From positions 1-64,000 of the IMG/VR virus record IMGVR_UViG_3300008261_000059: 64,000 nucleotides of DNA. One strand, written 5' to 3'. How positions within the stretch are numbered: position 1 is the stretch's first letter; every line of letters starts with the position of its first letter. The stretch comes from an uncultured virus (IMG/VR IMGVR_UViG_3300008261_000059). Taxonomy: Duplodnaviria; Heunggongvirae; Uroviricota; Caudoviricetes. A model generated the notes under the pieces. That model ran no database searches and had not been told where the DNA came from. It worked only from the letters and a program-made list of their open reading frames with translations. Positions 1 through 8,920 of this stretch are shown here, one piece after another. The translations under genes were made by a program, and so were the position numbers.

Positions 1-384
1 GGTATTGTAATCGTATGTGCCACCAACTCTGGCAACAAAGTATCCATCATCATCGATGAAATAAGAAATTCTTCGAAAATCAAACCTGAACTGTTGATAT
101 TTATCAGCAGGGTGATTGGTATATGTTTTTTCTTCTGTAGTTTCTTCGACGTAATCAATTCCCTCCAAAAAGTCGGGATACTGACTGCCATCTGTTCTAT
201 AAAAATCACCAACTACATTGGAATCAGTTGATCTTACTTGTGTATAATAAAGCATTCCACTAGAATCTCTGCGAAGAGCGTGAATATACCAATCATTTTC
301 TTTTTTTAGAGTAGAAGTATCATTGAATGAATTACTTCCACTCGAAGAAGAAGATGTCATACTTCCGCTTAAGAACATTGTCAT
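1..384 (-). CDS. Virion structural protein (partial, runs off window start)
   Basis: Open frame read manually: MTMFLSGSMTSSSS...WYIHALRRDSSGMLYYTQV...YQQFRFDFRRISYFIDDDGYFVARV; ATG overlaps the stop of the upstream ORF (ATGA). Confidence 0.65.
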   Translation of the reverse strand, partial: MTMFLSGSMTSSSSSGSNSFNDTSTLKKENDWYIHALRRDSSGMLYYTQVRSTDSNVVGDFYRTDGSQYPDFLEGIDYVEETTEEKTYTNHPADKYQQFRFDFRRISYFIDDDGYFVARVGGTYDYNT

Positions 385-830
385 ACAGAGACCCTCCAGT
401 AAGTACCTTCCCAGATCAATTCGACACTAGCACCAGAAACATCACATACAAGTGGGGCATCAATTAACCCAGAAGCATTTTTAAATTTCTGATTATTTTG
501 AGTGACTACTATAAGATTATTTATGCTCCAGAAAGATTTTGAATCAAACAGACTAATATAGTCACCTGTGTTGATAAGAGTTGGTAAAGTTACTGAATAT
601 TCGGCATTAGTAGTATCTGCATGATATTTTGTATTTGCCTTTAATGTTGTTGCTGATGAAATAAGTGTATATCTTGCTTTTGATACTTCAAAACCACCAG
701 TTGTCAAACCATCATGGACTCTTATTACACTTTTATCCGTATCAACGGTAACTTCAGCCAAAGCACCAGTAAACGAAGCATGTTCTTGCTCAGTACCTTT
801 TCTGAGTTGAACTCGTTTTGTATTTGACAT
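381..830 (-). CDS. Tail-associated protein with Mtd_N-like (major tropism determinant N-terminal) domain
   Basis: N-terminus RVQLRKGTEQEHASFTGALAEVTVDTDKSVIRVHDGLTTGG matches the Mtd_N pattern; late promoter ATAAATA at 853-859. Confidence 0.7.
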   Translation of the reverse strand: MSNTKRVQLRKGTEQEHASFTGALAEVTVDTDKSVIRVHDGLTTGGFEVSKARYTLISSATTLKANTKYHADTTNAEYSVTLPTLINTGDYISLFDSKSFWSINNLIVVTQNNQKFKNASGLIDAPLVCDVSGASVELIWEGTYWRVSV

Positions 831-852
831 TGATATAAAGATTGTATATCTT

Positions 853-859
853 TATTTAT
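853..859 (-). promoter_or_regulatory. T4-type late promoter (ATAAATA)
   Basis: tatttat on + strand, 23 nt upstream of the ATG at 830. Confidence 0.55.
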
Positions 860-3800
860 CAAATTATGTATATTCTTATTGGTTTTGGTGAATCAAATTC
901 AACATATCTATTTGTTGATATTCCATTAAATTGTGCTTGAGTAATTCCAACATAACCAGCACGTCCAAATGTTTCTTTAGATACACCAGATAGTCTAAAG
1001 AGTATTTGTGTTCTATCATAAGGAACAACTCTTGCGATACCTGCAGACTGGAATCCAAATATTCTTCCTGTTCCAAAATATGCTTCGGTATTCTTCTCGA
1101 CAGCATTTCCTGTGAACTTGAATAGATTTGTTGTTGGTGGTGAGAATGTAACTGATTCCGTCTTGCTGACAAATGCAAATAGTGAACCAGTACCAACATA
1201 AGTTGCTGGAAGTACGGATTCTTTTGCAGAACCAGTAATTTTGAATAGTCCACCAGTTGTACTGACAACTGCAGAAGATTCTGCAGCACCAATAAATCCG
1301 AATATACTTCCAGATCCAGCATAACTCTTACTCTTTCTTTCTTCGGCAGTTCCAACAAAGTCAAATAGTGTTGTTGAAATTGCTGGAGTGAAGGATACTC
1401 TTTCTGCACCACCACCAAAACCAAATAATGTTCCAGTAGTAGTCCAGTTTGTATTTCTTTCTGTTTTTGCTGCTCCACCAAACTTGAACAATGTAGTTGA
1501 AGTTGGGGGTACAACAGTAGAAGACTCCTGAGCACTGACAAAGATGACTTTGCCATTGATATCGAGAATTGAATCCCTGGTACGGAATCGAACAAGACCA
1601 GAACCAATATAAGATTCTGTATTCTTTTCTGCCGCAGATCCAGTAAACTTGAATAGTGTTGTTTTTGTCTCTGCAGAACTGGTTGTTTCTGTCTTGCTGA
1701 CAAACGTAAAGAGAGAACCAGTACCAATGTGAGTATAAAGATTGCGTACTATACCAGAACCAGTGATTCTGAATAGAGTCTTGAATTCTGGTAGTTTTCT
1801 GCCAATAGACTCTGCACCACCAGTAAATCCAAAGATGCGTCCAGAACCAACATAAGATTCTGTATTCTTCTCGATTGCAGAACCAAATATAGTTGTTTTT
1901 CCAGATCCAATATGCTTCAGTCTTGCAATTATATTTGCATTTCCAGAGAGTTTTGTCTCTGTTGAACCAGTATAAGATTCTACATTCTTCTCTACTGCAG
2001 ATCCAGTAAATCTGAATAGTGTTCCACTTACTGGTGGTCTGCTTGCCGCAACAGTTACTGAAGAATTTAAACCAAAGAGTGAACCAGTTCCGATATATGG
2101 TCTTGCTCTTGGTGTTTCAGCACTACCATTAATCGAAAGTTGTCCTTGACCAACGTGAACTGGTTTTGTTTGCGTTCTTGCATTTCCAGAAAGGGTAATG
2201 AAACCAGAACCAACTTCTCCGTAGATAAAGAATAGTGTGACAACACCAGTTGCTCTGAATAACGCACCATCAGTTTTTGGAACAACTGTGTTCCTTTCAA
2301 TTCCAGAGATATAACGTTGTTTTTCACGAGCATCAAGACCAGAAACTCTTTGTCTGAGATTGAATGTTCCTCCTCCAACTTCTGTTAGAGTGAATCCAAT
2401 TGCGGAAGAACCACCAAATCTGAATAGTGCTCCCTGTGGGAGCAGTGAACCAGAAACAACAGAAGTTGAACTGTCGAATGTAAAGAGTGAACCAGAACCA
2501 ACATAAGATTCTGTATTTCTCTCGTCTGCAGATCCAGTAAACTTGAAGAGACCTGTTGAAACCTTGGTTGCTGCAGAAGACTCGGTAGAACTGATGAAGG
2601 TAAAGAGTGAACCAGTACCAACATAAGATTCTGTATTCTTCTCAATTGCATTTCCTGCAAACTTGAAGAGACCTGTTGTTGATGGAGCATTTGATTTGAC
2701 TTCTGATGCACCAGTGAATGCAAAGATGCGTCCAGTACCAACATAAGATTCTGTATTCTTCTCAATTGCATTTCCTGCAAACTTGAAGAGTACTGTTGCA
2801 ACAAGAGAACTTGAGGTAGATTCTGCTGCTCCAGTAAACGCAAAGATACGACCAGAACCAATATGTGGTGCGGGAGTAATTGCTTGCGGAGAAGATCCAA
2901 AGAACTTGAAGAGACCTGTTGCTGATGGAGCATTGGACTTGACTTCTGTTTTGGTTCCAAATGCGAAGAGTGAACCAGAACCAACATAGGATTCTGTATT
3001 CTTGATATTTGTTGCTGCACCAAATAAGGTAATAGTACCAGAACCAATATGTGGTTCTTGAGTAATAGATTCTTGACCACCAACAATTGCAAAGAGAGAT
3101 CCAGAACCAACATGAACTAAACCAAAACCTATAGTTGCAGAACTAATTCTGGTTATTTGTAGGTTTCCACTACCATTATATCCAAATGATCTATATGCAG
3201 GTATTGGTGTCGAGAATACTTTTACTCGACCAGTACCAAAGTAGGATTCTGTATTTCTTTCTGTTGCAGTTCCAAATAATGTAATTCCACCAGAACCAAT
3301 ATGTGGTTCTTGAGTAATAGATTCTTGACCACCAACAATTGCAAACAGTGAACCAGAACCAACATGAGATAGAGATGCTTTTAACTGGGAAGAACCAAGG
3401 AACTTGAATAGTCCAGTTGTTTCTTGTGCAGATAGTCTTGTCTCTGAAGCACCAGTAAATGCATATAATGTTCCAGAACCAACATGAGATAGTGCTGCTT
3501 GTACTGATGCCTTATTATCACTAAATCTAAATCTTCCATATGGGAAGATATTTTCATTGTCAGTAATATAACCATAATTAACTTTTTGTTGACCATAATT
3601 AGTTGGTTCACTTATGAATCCATAATCATCTTCAGAAGTATAATTATCAGCAACAAATCCATAATCAAGTCCATCAATAGTTACTACAGAAGATTCGTTG
3701 TAGTCATAAGTGACTTTTTCTGCATGACCAACAAATCCAAATAGTGAACCAGAACCAATATAGGATTCTGCATTCTTCTGGACTGCAGAACCAAAGAATT

Positions 3801-5172
3801 TAAATAGACCTGTTGTTGATTTTACTAGTGCTCTTGCTTCTCCAGAACCAGTAAATGCATATAATGTTCCAGAACCAATATGTGGTGCAGGAACGATAGA
3901 TTGACCAGCAGAACCAGAAATCTTAATATCCGATTTTTTGATTTCTGTTTTTTCTGCAGTTGCTTTTGATATTGCTGTCCCAACAAATCCAAATAGTGAA
4001 CCAGAACCAATTTGTGATAAAGATGCTTTTGGTTCTGAGTTTCCAAATATAGTGAATTTTCCAACACCAATGTGTTTTGGTAAAATGAATAAACGAGCAT
4101 TTCCAAATATGGAAATTGTTCCAGTGGTAGTTTGATTTGGTGAGAATACAATTCCAGTATCGGAACTTAATTTTAACTTACCAAATGGTAATCTTGTATC
4201 ATTATCGGTAATATAACCATAATCAATCTTATTCCATGGTTTTTGTGGACTTGGTTCTTCACTTATTAGTCCAAAGTCATCTTCAGAAGTGTAATTATCG
4301 GTAACAAATCCATAATCAAGTCCTTCTGGTCTTATTACTGATGATTCATTATAGTCATAAGTTACTCTTTCTGCATGTCCAACGAATCCAAATAGGGAAC
4401 CAGAACCAACATAAGATTCTCCATTCTTTTCTGTAGCAGAACCAGAGAATCTAAAGATATTTGTTTCTGACTTCGTAATGATAACTCTTGATAGTCCAGC
4501 ACCAGTAAATGCAGAGAATAGTCCAGTGCTGGAATAATTTCCTCTTGAGAATGCATCAAAAGCACCACCAAAAACACGAATGCGGAGTTTTGCTTCTGGT
4601 GGTGTATTTGTTGTAGATTTTGCTGCTCCATTGAATCCAAACAAAGCACCAGAACCATACTGATACGCAGTTCTGGTGCTTTGAGAATATCCAAATGGTC
4701 GAATTCTTCCTGAACCAATATGTATTGGTAATACGTAAATTTTTGCCTTTCCACTGACAAGGAAAGTTAAACCACCAACACTATTCCTTACCAGACTTAC
4801 ATCTGCAAACTCTGTAGAAATAGATAATTTTCCAAATGGTGTCGATGCCGATATAATTGTAATTGTACCGTAATCGAAAATTTGAGAACGACTTACTATG
4901 GAATCAGTTACGTCACCAAAATCATCATAATATGAAACTAAATCCGAAATTAGACCATAATCTTCACTCTCAAATGAAACAATGGCAGATTCATTATATG
5001 AATATGCTCTTTGTTCTTCTAGTTCTTCTGAATGGGAAGAAATTTTAAAGTCTGGATCTCCTATAAAAGTAAAATCCGACAACAAAACTGAGGAGTAGTT
5101 GCTAATGATTTCATTAGCATAACGACTAATCCTATGGCTGTCAGATCCAGTTGTATAGGAGAATATGGCCAT
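859..5172 (-). CDS. Large repetitive virion structural protein (about 40-aa tandem repeats)
   Basis: 1437 aa with repeated unit EKNTESYVG(S/T)GSLFxF...TGLFKFxG; lies in the structural gene block. Confidence 0.75.
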   Translation of the reverse strand: MAIFSYTTGSDSHRISRYANEIISNYSSVLLSDFTFIGDPDFKISSHSEELEEQRAYSYNESAIVSFESEDYGLISDLVSYYDDFGDVTDSIVSRSQIFDYGTITIISASTPFGKLSISTEFADVSLVRNSVGGLTFLVSGKAKIYVLPIHIGSGRIRPFGYSQSTRTAYQYGSGALFGFNGAAKSTTNTPPEAKLRIRVFGGAFDAFSRGNYSSTGLFSAFTGAGLSRVIITKSETNIFRFSGSATEKNGESYVGSGSLFGFVGHAERVTYDYNESSVIRPEGLDYGFVTDNYTSEDDFGLISEEPSPQKPWNKIDYGYITDNDTRLPFGKLKLSSDTGIVFSPNQTTTGTISIFGNARLFILPKHIGVGKFTIFGNSEPKASLSQIGSGSLFGFVGTAISKATAEKTEIKKSDIKISGSAGQSIVPAPHIGSGTLYAFTGSGEARALVKSTTGLFKFFGSAVQKNAESYIGSGSLFGFVGHAEKVTYDYNESSVVTIDGLDYGFVADNYTSEDDYGFISEPTNYGQQKVNYGYITDNENIFPYGRFRFSDNKASVQAALSHVGSGTLYAFTGASETRLSAQETTGLFKFLGSSQLKASLSHVGSGSLFAIVGGQESITQEPHIGSGGITLFGTATERNTESYFGTGRVKVFSTPIPAYRSFGYNGSGNLQITRISSATIGFGLVHVGSGSLFAIVGGQESITQEPHIGSGTITLFGAATNIKNTESYVGSGSLFAFGTKTEVKSNAPSATGLFKFFGSSPQAITPAPHIGSGRIFAFTGAAESTSSSLVATVLFKFAGNAIEKNTESYVGTGRIFAFTGASEVKSNAPSTTGLFKFAGNAIEKNTESYVGTGSLFTFISSTESSAATKVSTGLFKFTGSADERNTESYVGSGSLFTFDSSTSVVSGSLLPQGALFRFGGSSAIGFTLTEVGGGTFNLRQRVSGLDAREKQRYISGIERNTVVPKTDGALFRATGVVTLFFIYGEVGSGFITLSGNARTQTKPVHVGQGQLSINGSAETPRARPYIGTGSLFGLNSSVTVAASRPPVSGTLFRFTGSAVEKNVESYTGSTETKLSGNANIIARLKHIGSGKTTIFGSAIEKNTESYVGSGRIFGFTGGAESIGRKLPEFKTLFRITGSGIVRNLYTHIGTGSLFTFVSKTETTSSAETKTTLFKFTGSAAEKNTESYIGSGLVRFRTRDSILDINGKVIFVSAQESSTVVPPTSTTLFKFGGAAKTERNTNWTTTGTLFGFGGGAERVSFTPAISTTLFDFVGTAEERKSKSYAGSGSIFGFIGAAESSAVVSTTGGLFKITGSAKESVLPATYVGTGSLFAFVSKTESVTFSPPTTNLFKFTGNAVEKNTEAYFGTGRIFGFQSAGIARVVPYDRTQILFRLSGVSKETFGRAGYVGITQAQFNGISTNRYVEFDSPKPIRIYII
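2612..2790. repeat. Intragenic 59-bp exact direct repeat, period 120 bp
   Basis: ccagtaccaacataagattctgtattcttctcaattgcatttcctgcaaacttgaagag at 2612-2670 and 2732-2790; a second exact pair lies at about 3038-3093 and 3290-3345. Confidence 0.9.
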
Positions 5173-6143
5173 CAGTTAATTTTAAACACCTCCATCTTCG
5201 TCCATGAACCATCAACAGTTCCTCTAACAGTTTGACTGGTTGGATTTGAAGTATAAACTGTAAAATCAATATAATCTGTTGTTCCGTTCATTGTGACAAT
5301 TCCACAGACAGTTTGACTATATGAAAAAGTTGTTATCCCAACTTGATGTAATGCAAATGTAGTTCCATTTTTTCTTAGTTGAATATTTGATTGATTATTT
5401 GTTACAGTTCCTGCTTGCCAGTTCATCATTGCATCAACACGATAAGTTCCTGCAACGGTTGGTGTGGTACGAGTTGTAATTCCACTGTACCAACCATTAC
5501 TATCACTTGTTGCAGTAAAAACAATTAAAGTGTCAACACCTGTAGTAACAGTTTGATCTGTTGTTCTTGCAAGTTTTACATAATAATTTCCAGGTGCATT
5601 GAGATTACCAGTGATTGTTGTGGCACCAGAAACACTTAACTGATTTGTAAAAGTAGTTCCAGTGACTGTTACACCAGTGCCAAGAGTTTCAAACTTTTTA
5701 GAGTTATCAAAATAAAGTTCTACAGAACCATTAGTATTAAATTTTGCTTTATTCTCAGTATATGAAAGATCGGTGATAATTAAACTATTATCACCAGCAA
5801 TATAAAGATCACCAGTTCCAGAATCTGCAATAGCACTTATGGATCCATTGTGTCCAATATACAAATCACCACTATTACCAAAATATCCAAACACATTGTC
5901 TGCAAAGTAAGCAGAAGTCCCAAAACTTACGGACCCAGTGAATGTAGAAAAACCAGTGACTTGCAGTTGAGTGACTGAACTGATACCACCTATGACACTT
6001 GTAGATACTCCAGAGGTTGCTGCATAACCAGCAGTAATAACATAAGTAGGAGTTCCCAACCCAACAACGTCTAGTGCAAGATTATTAATCTCAACACGTT
6101 GCTGTTCGAAGGTATAATTTGGACCGACATAACGTAATGTCAT
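5172..6143 (-). CDS. Tail fibre-like protein with C-terminal C1q/TNF-like beta-sandwich
   Basis: TFEQQRVEINNLA N-terminus; NGSVELYFDNSKKFETLGTGVTVTG cyanophage fibre repeat; C-terminal PTVAGTYRV...LRKNG...MNGTTDYIDF. Confidence 0.65.
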   Translation of the reverse strand: MTLRYVGPNYTFEQQRVEINNLALDVVGLGTPTYVITAGYAATSGVSTSVIGGISSVTQLQVTGFSTFTGSVSFGTSAYFADNVFGYFGNSGDLYIGHNGSISAIADSGTGDLYIAGDNSLIITDLSYTENKAKFNTNGSVELYFDNSKKFETLGTGVTVTGTTFTNQLSVSGATTITGNLNAPGNYYVKLARTTDQTVTTGVDTLIVFTATSDSNGWYSGITTRTTPTVAGTYRVDAMMNWQAGTVTNNQSNIQLRKNGTTFALHQVGITTFSYSQTVCGIVTMNGTTDYIDFTVYTSNPTSQTVRGTVDGSWTKMEVFKIN

Positions 6144-6159
6144 ATTAATCTCCTACCTT

Positions 6160-6195
6160 AAAAAAATAGGAGGGATTACTTTTGCAACCCCTCCA
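6160..6195 (-). terminator. Rho-independent terminator
   Basis: Minus strand GGAGGGGTTGC-AAAA-GTAATCCCTCC followed by TATTTTTTT, just after the stop of 6220..7599. Confidence 0.7.
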
Positions 6196-6219
6196 TAATA
6201 AAGATATAATTTTGAAAAA

Positions 6220-7599
6220 TCAGTCGAGGCTGATATTTAGAGTAACCTTAATTTGGTCTCCGTTGTTCTGAATGTTGTAAGGACCGTTTGTAAATCTTTC
6301 AGCAAACATGATGCTACTGTAAAGAGTAGCACTTCCAACACCAGCAAGTGCTGGAGTCGTTCTGAATACGTCTGTTCCAACAGTCTCAAAGATTGTATAT
6401 GTTGATGAAGCAGTTGTTGTATTTCCTGTTCCTGCTGCGATATAAATTACATCTCCAGGAACTAGTCCGTGACTTGGTGCAGTTACTTGGCTGCAGTTGA
6501 AGAATACAGTAGCACCAGTAGCAGCCTGAATGTTATTTACCAGGTTGTTGCTTAGGTAAACAATTCTTTCACGTTCATCAAAACCAGTTACTAAAGTTCC
6601 TTCTGGGAGTGCATTAACTTCCCCAACAACGTTTCCATGAGTGACTGCCATACCTACAGTGATGTTTTCTCCAACATTTTCTGTAAATGTAACGATTCCA
6701 GCTACTGTTGTTGTATTTCCTTTATCTAATACAATAGTATTTGTGCCAGCAACACCAACAACTCTTGCGTTTGGTGCGATTCCAGTACCAACTACTCTTT
6801 GGTTAGTGGTGATTCCAGTTGGAGCATCAACTTCAACTACAAATGAACCAGTTGAACCAACACCAGTTGGACTATATTTCTTATCAAATAAGGTAATATA
6901 GTTTCTACCAATGGTTCCTGTTGTTTGGGTTTTTGCTACTGCTACAGCAGTTGAAACAGTTGCAGCATCTTGAACCCCATGAATTTCAACAGGCATATTA
7001 TTTGCTCTTACCAAGTAGTAACCATACTGGTTATTGGCAGCAGAGCTGAATGTAAATGTTTGCTCTGGGTATGAAGCAGTAGTTGTTCCTCTACCAAATT
7101 CCAATGATTGGTTTAGGAAAGTTCCTGTATTTGGAACAGTAAGAACGATTGTATTTCCATCAATAGCAGCAACTGTAGCACGAGTTCCAACACCACCACC
7201 AGAAACGTAGTGACCAACTGCAATATTTGTTGTTGATGATACAGTAATTGTGTACTGGTTTACAGTTCCAGAACCGTTTGTGGTAACAATTGGAGTGGTG
7301 ATTGTTCTAACATTCCACAAGTTTCCATTTAGCAGAATGCCAAATTGTTCTGTATAGTCTTGATCAAATCTATTATTGATTACTCTTGGATATCCATTGG
7401 ATGGGTCAGTTCCATAACCAATGTTGCCAGAAGCATCATATGGTTCATAAAACTTATTTTGAGCAGGAACATCAGATTCCGCTGGGGTTGTGTCACTTGA
7501 ATATAATTTAAGAATTAAATTCCTTGGAATTTCGTGACTACTATTTACAAGATATCTTAGGGATTGAAGTTCGCCACAATCTGGAACTAATAGTGCCAT
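6220..7599 (-). CDS. Cyanophage virion structural protein
   Basis: MALLVPDCGELQSLRYL...LILKLY and C-terminal AERFTNGPYNIQNNGDQIKVTLNISLD; perfect late promoter upstream. Confidence 0.7.
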   Translation of the reverse strand: MALLVPDCGELQSLRYLVNSSHEIPRNLILKLYSSDTTPAESDVPAQNKFYEPYDASGNIGYGTDPSNGYPRVINNRFDQDYTEQFGILLNGNLWNVRTITTPIVTTNGSGTVNQYTITVSSTTNIAVGHYVSGGGVGTRATVAAIDGNTIVLTVPNTGTFLNQSLEFGRGTTTASYPEQTFTFSSAANNQYGYYLVRANNMPVEIHGVQDAATVSTAVAVAKTQTTGTIGRNYITLFDKKYSPTGVGSTGSFVVEVDAPTGITTNQRVVGTGIAPNARVVGVAGTNTIVLDKGNTTTVAGIVTFTENVGENITVGMAVTHGNVVGEVNALPEGTLVTGFDERERIVYLSNNLVNNIQAATGATVFFNCSQVTAPSHGLVPGDVIYIAAGTGNTTTASSTYTIFETVGTDVFRTTPALAGVGSATLYSSIMFAERFTNGPYNIQNNGDQIKVTLNISLD

Positions 7600-7640
7600 T
7601 GATAATGTCTCCTGACTCGTTATAAATTACTTTATATTCT

Positions 7641-7648
7641 TATTTATA
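7641..7648 (-). promoter_or_regulatory. T4-type late promoter TATAAATA
   Basis: tatttata on + strand is the exact T4 gp55 consensus. Confidence 0.75.
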
Positions 7649-7660
7649 TATTACTAAAAA

Positions 7661-8368
7661 TCAAATTTTTAGTTTCAAAAATACGGAACACCTTTGTATT
7701 CCGACACAACTCAATACTTCAAATCTTAAAACATCACCAAGTTCTAATGTTTTTGACCATGTTGTAAGATTATCGTCTTTATTTTTATTTTGATTATTTA
7801 GGATGGGGTATTCATTTCCCACAATAGAAGAAAAATTATTCGGAAAATTAGTATAAGATGATTTTTCAATGTCAAATGCTATTGTTCCTGTTGTTTCTGA
7901 TAATATTGTCCATGATTCTAAAGTCCCAGTCACATCTAAAGTTAAATATCCTTTATTTCCTGGAGCAATGTCCTGAGACCCATTATCAACCATAAAAACA
8001 ATGGTTCTTGTTAAATCTGCCGTTGTTTGTAGAGCTATTCCAGAAAAATTTGATCCAGATACTGGTGGATTTGTAAAATATAAAGTATTTCCAGATACTT
8101 GATAATCAACGATTGGTCTTAAAACTATTCCATTAATTGAAATTACTAATTGTTGCTCATTCGCTGGTGTATATGGTTGACCATTTACTGTCAATAAAAA
8201 AGATGTAGTAGACCCATTAAATTGTAATGATATATTATCCAATATCAAATTAGTATATTGAATACTTCTTAGAGGTGCCTCATAATTTACACCAATGTTA
8301 TATTGGTCCTCTTGGACCAAATTGACATTAAAATTAGGAGACGATACTACTACATCGTAGTTGCTCAT
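7661..8368 (-). CDS. Virion/baseplate-associated structural protein
   Basis: LDNISLQFNGSTTSF...QLVISINGIVLRP...FTNPP module shared with the gp7-like proteins in this window. Confidence 0.6.
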   Translation of the reverse strand: MSNYDVVVSSPNFNVNLVQEDQYNIGVNYEAPLRSIQYTNLILDNISLQFNGSTTSFLLTVNGQPYTPANEQQLVISINGIVLRPIVDYQVSGNTLYFTNPPVSGSNFSGIALQTTADLTRTIVFMVDNGSQDIAPGNKGYLTLDVTGTLESWTILSETTGTIAFDIEKSSYTNFPNNFSSIVGNEYPILNNQNKNKDDNLTTWSKTLELGDVLRFEVLSCVGIQRCSVFLKLKI

Positions 8369-8700
8369 ATACTAACTCCAGGAGTAACTAAAAGACTTCC
8401 TTGAACAACTCTTGTATTATAATTTGATGGAGATGTAATTACAACATCATAAACATATCTTCCACCTTCCATTAGTGAAGTTTCCGTTTTTGCCATTGAA
8501 ACCATTATTTTTCCCTGTGTTCTATCGGGAAAAGAAATAGTAAATGGATATGTTTTTGATGAATAAGGGCTCTTTTTGATATAACTTATTGCAGTATAGT
8601 TGAATAAGTTCAATCTTGAACCATTTTCATTATAAATCGTAAAGGTACTTTGAAAATCTGCACCTTGCTCTAAAACGAGATTTATAATCTTAGCAGACAT
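8365..8700 (-). CDS. Small structural protein (BppU-like Ig fold)
   Basis: INLVLEQGADF...GRYVYDVVI...RVVQGSLLVTPGV pattern common in T4-like cyanophages; late promoter at 8722-8728. Confidence 0.6.
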   Translation of the reverse strand: MSAKIINLVLEQGADFQSTFTIYNENGSRLNLFNYTAISYIKKSPYSSKTYPFTISFPDRTQGKIMVSMAKTETSLMEGGRYVYDVVITSPSNYNTRVVQGSLLVTPGVSI

Positions 8701-8716
8701 TGCAAGAAGTTACTTT

Positions 8717-8920
8717 TTAGTTATTTATCCTTTCTACCAATAATTTTAGGCAATCTTTTATTTCTTGGATATCTGATTTTATGTTATCCAATTCTTCCCG
8801 TTCTTGTATTTTTCTATTTTTTATTTTCATATACTCATTGTATTCGTGTTCATTGCAATTCAAAACTGCATTGGTCTCTTCATCTCTAAAGAGACCATTA
8901 CTATCTTTTATGGGTATCAT
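8717..8920 (-). CDS. Conserved small coiled-coil protein
   Basis: GLFRDEETNAVLN...ELDNIKSDIQEIKDCLKLL; overlaps the upstream stop. Confidence 0.65.
   Translation of the reverse strand: MIPIKDSNGLFRDEETNAVLNCNEHEYNEYMKIKNRKIQEREELDNIKSDIQEIKDCLKLLVERINN

Noticed and set aside
876..4760. L/V/Q-rich alternate-frame ORFs inside the 1437-aa gene
   Set aside because: Off-frame products of biased codon usage in a repetitive gene
381..5172. Diversity-generating retroelement suggested by the Mtd_N domain and DNA repeats
   Set aside because: No reverse transcriptase and no repeat pair differing only at adenines; the repeats are intragenic tandem units
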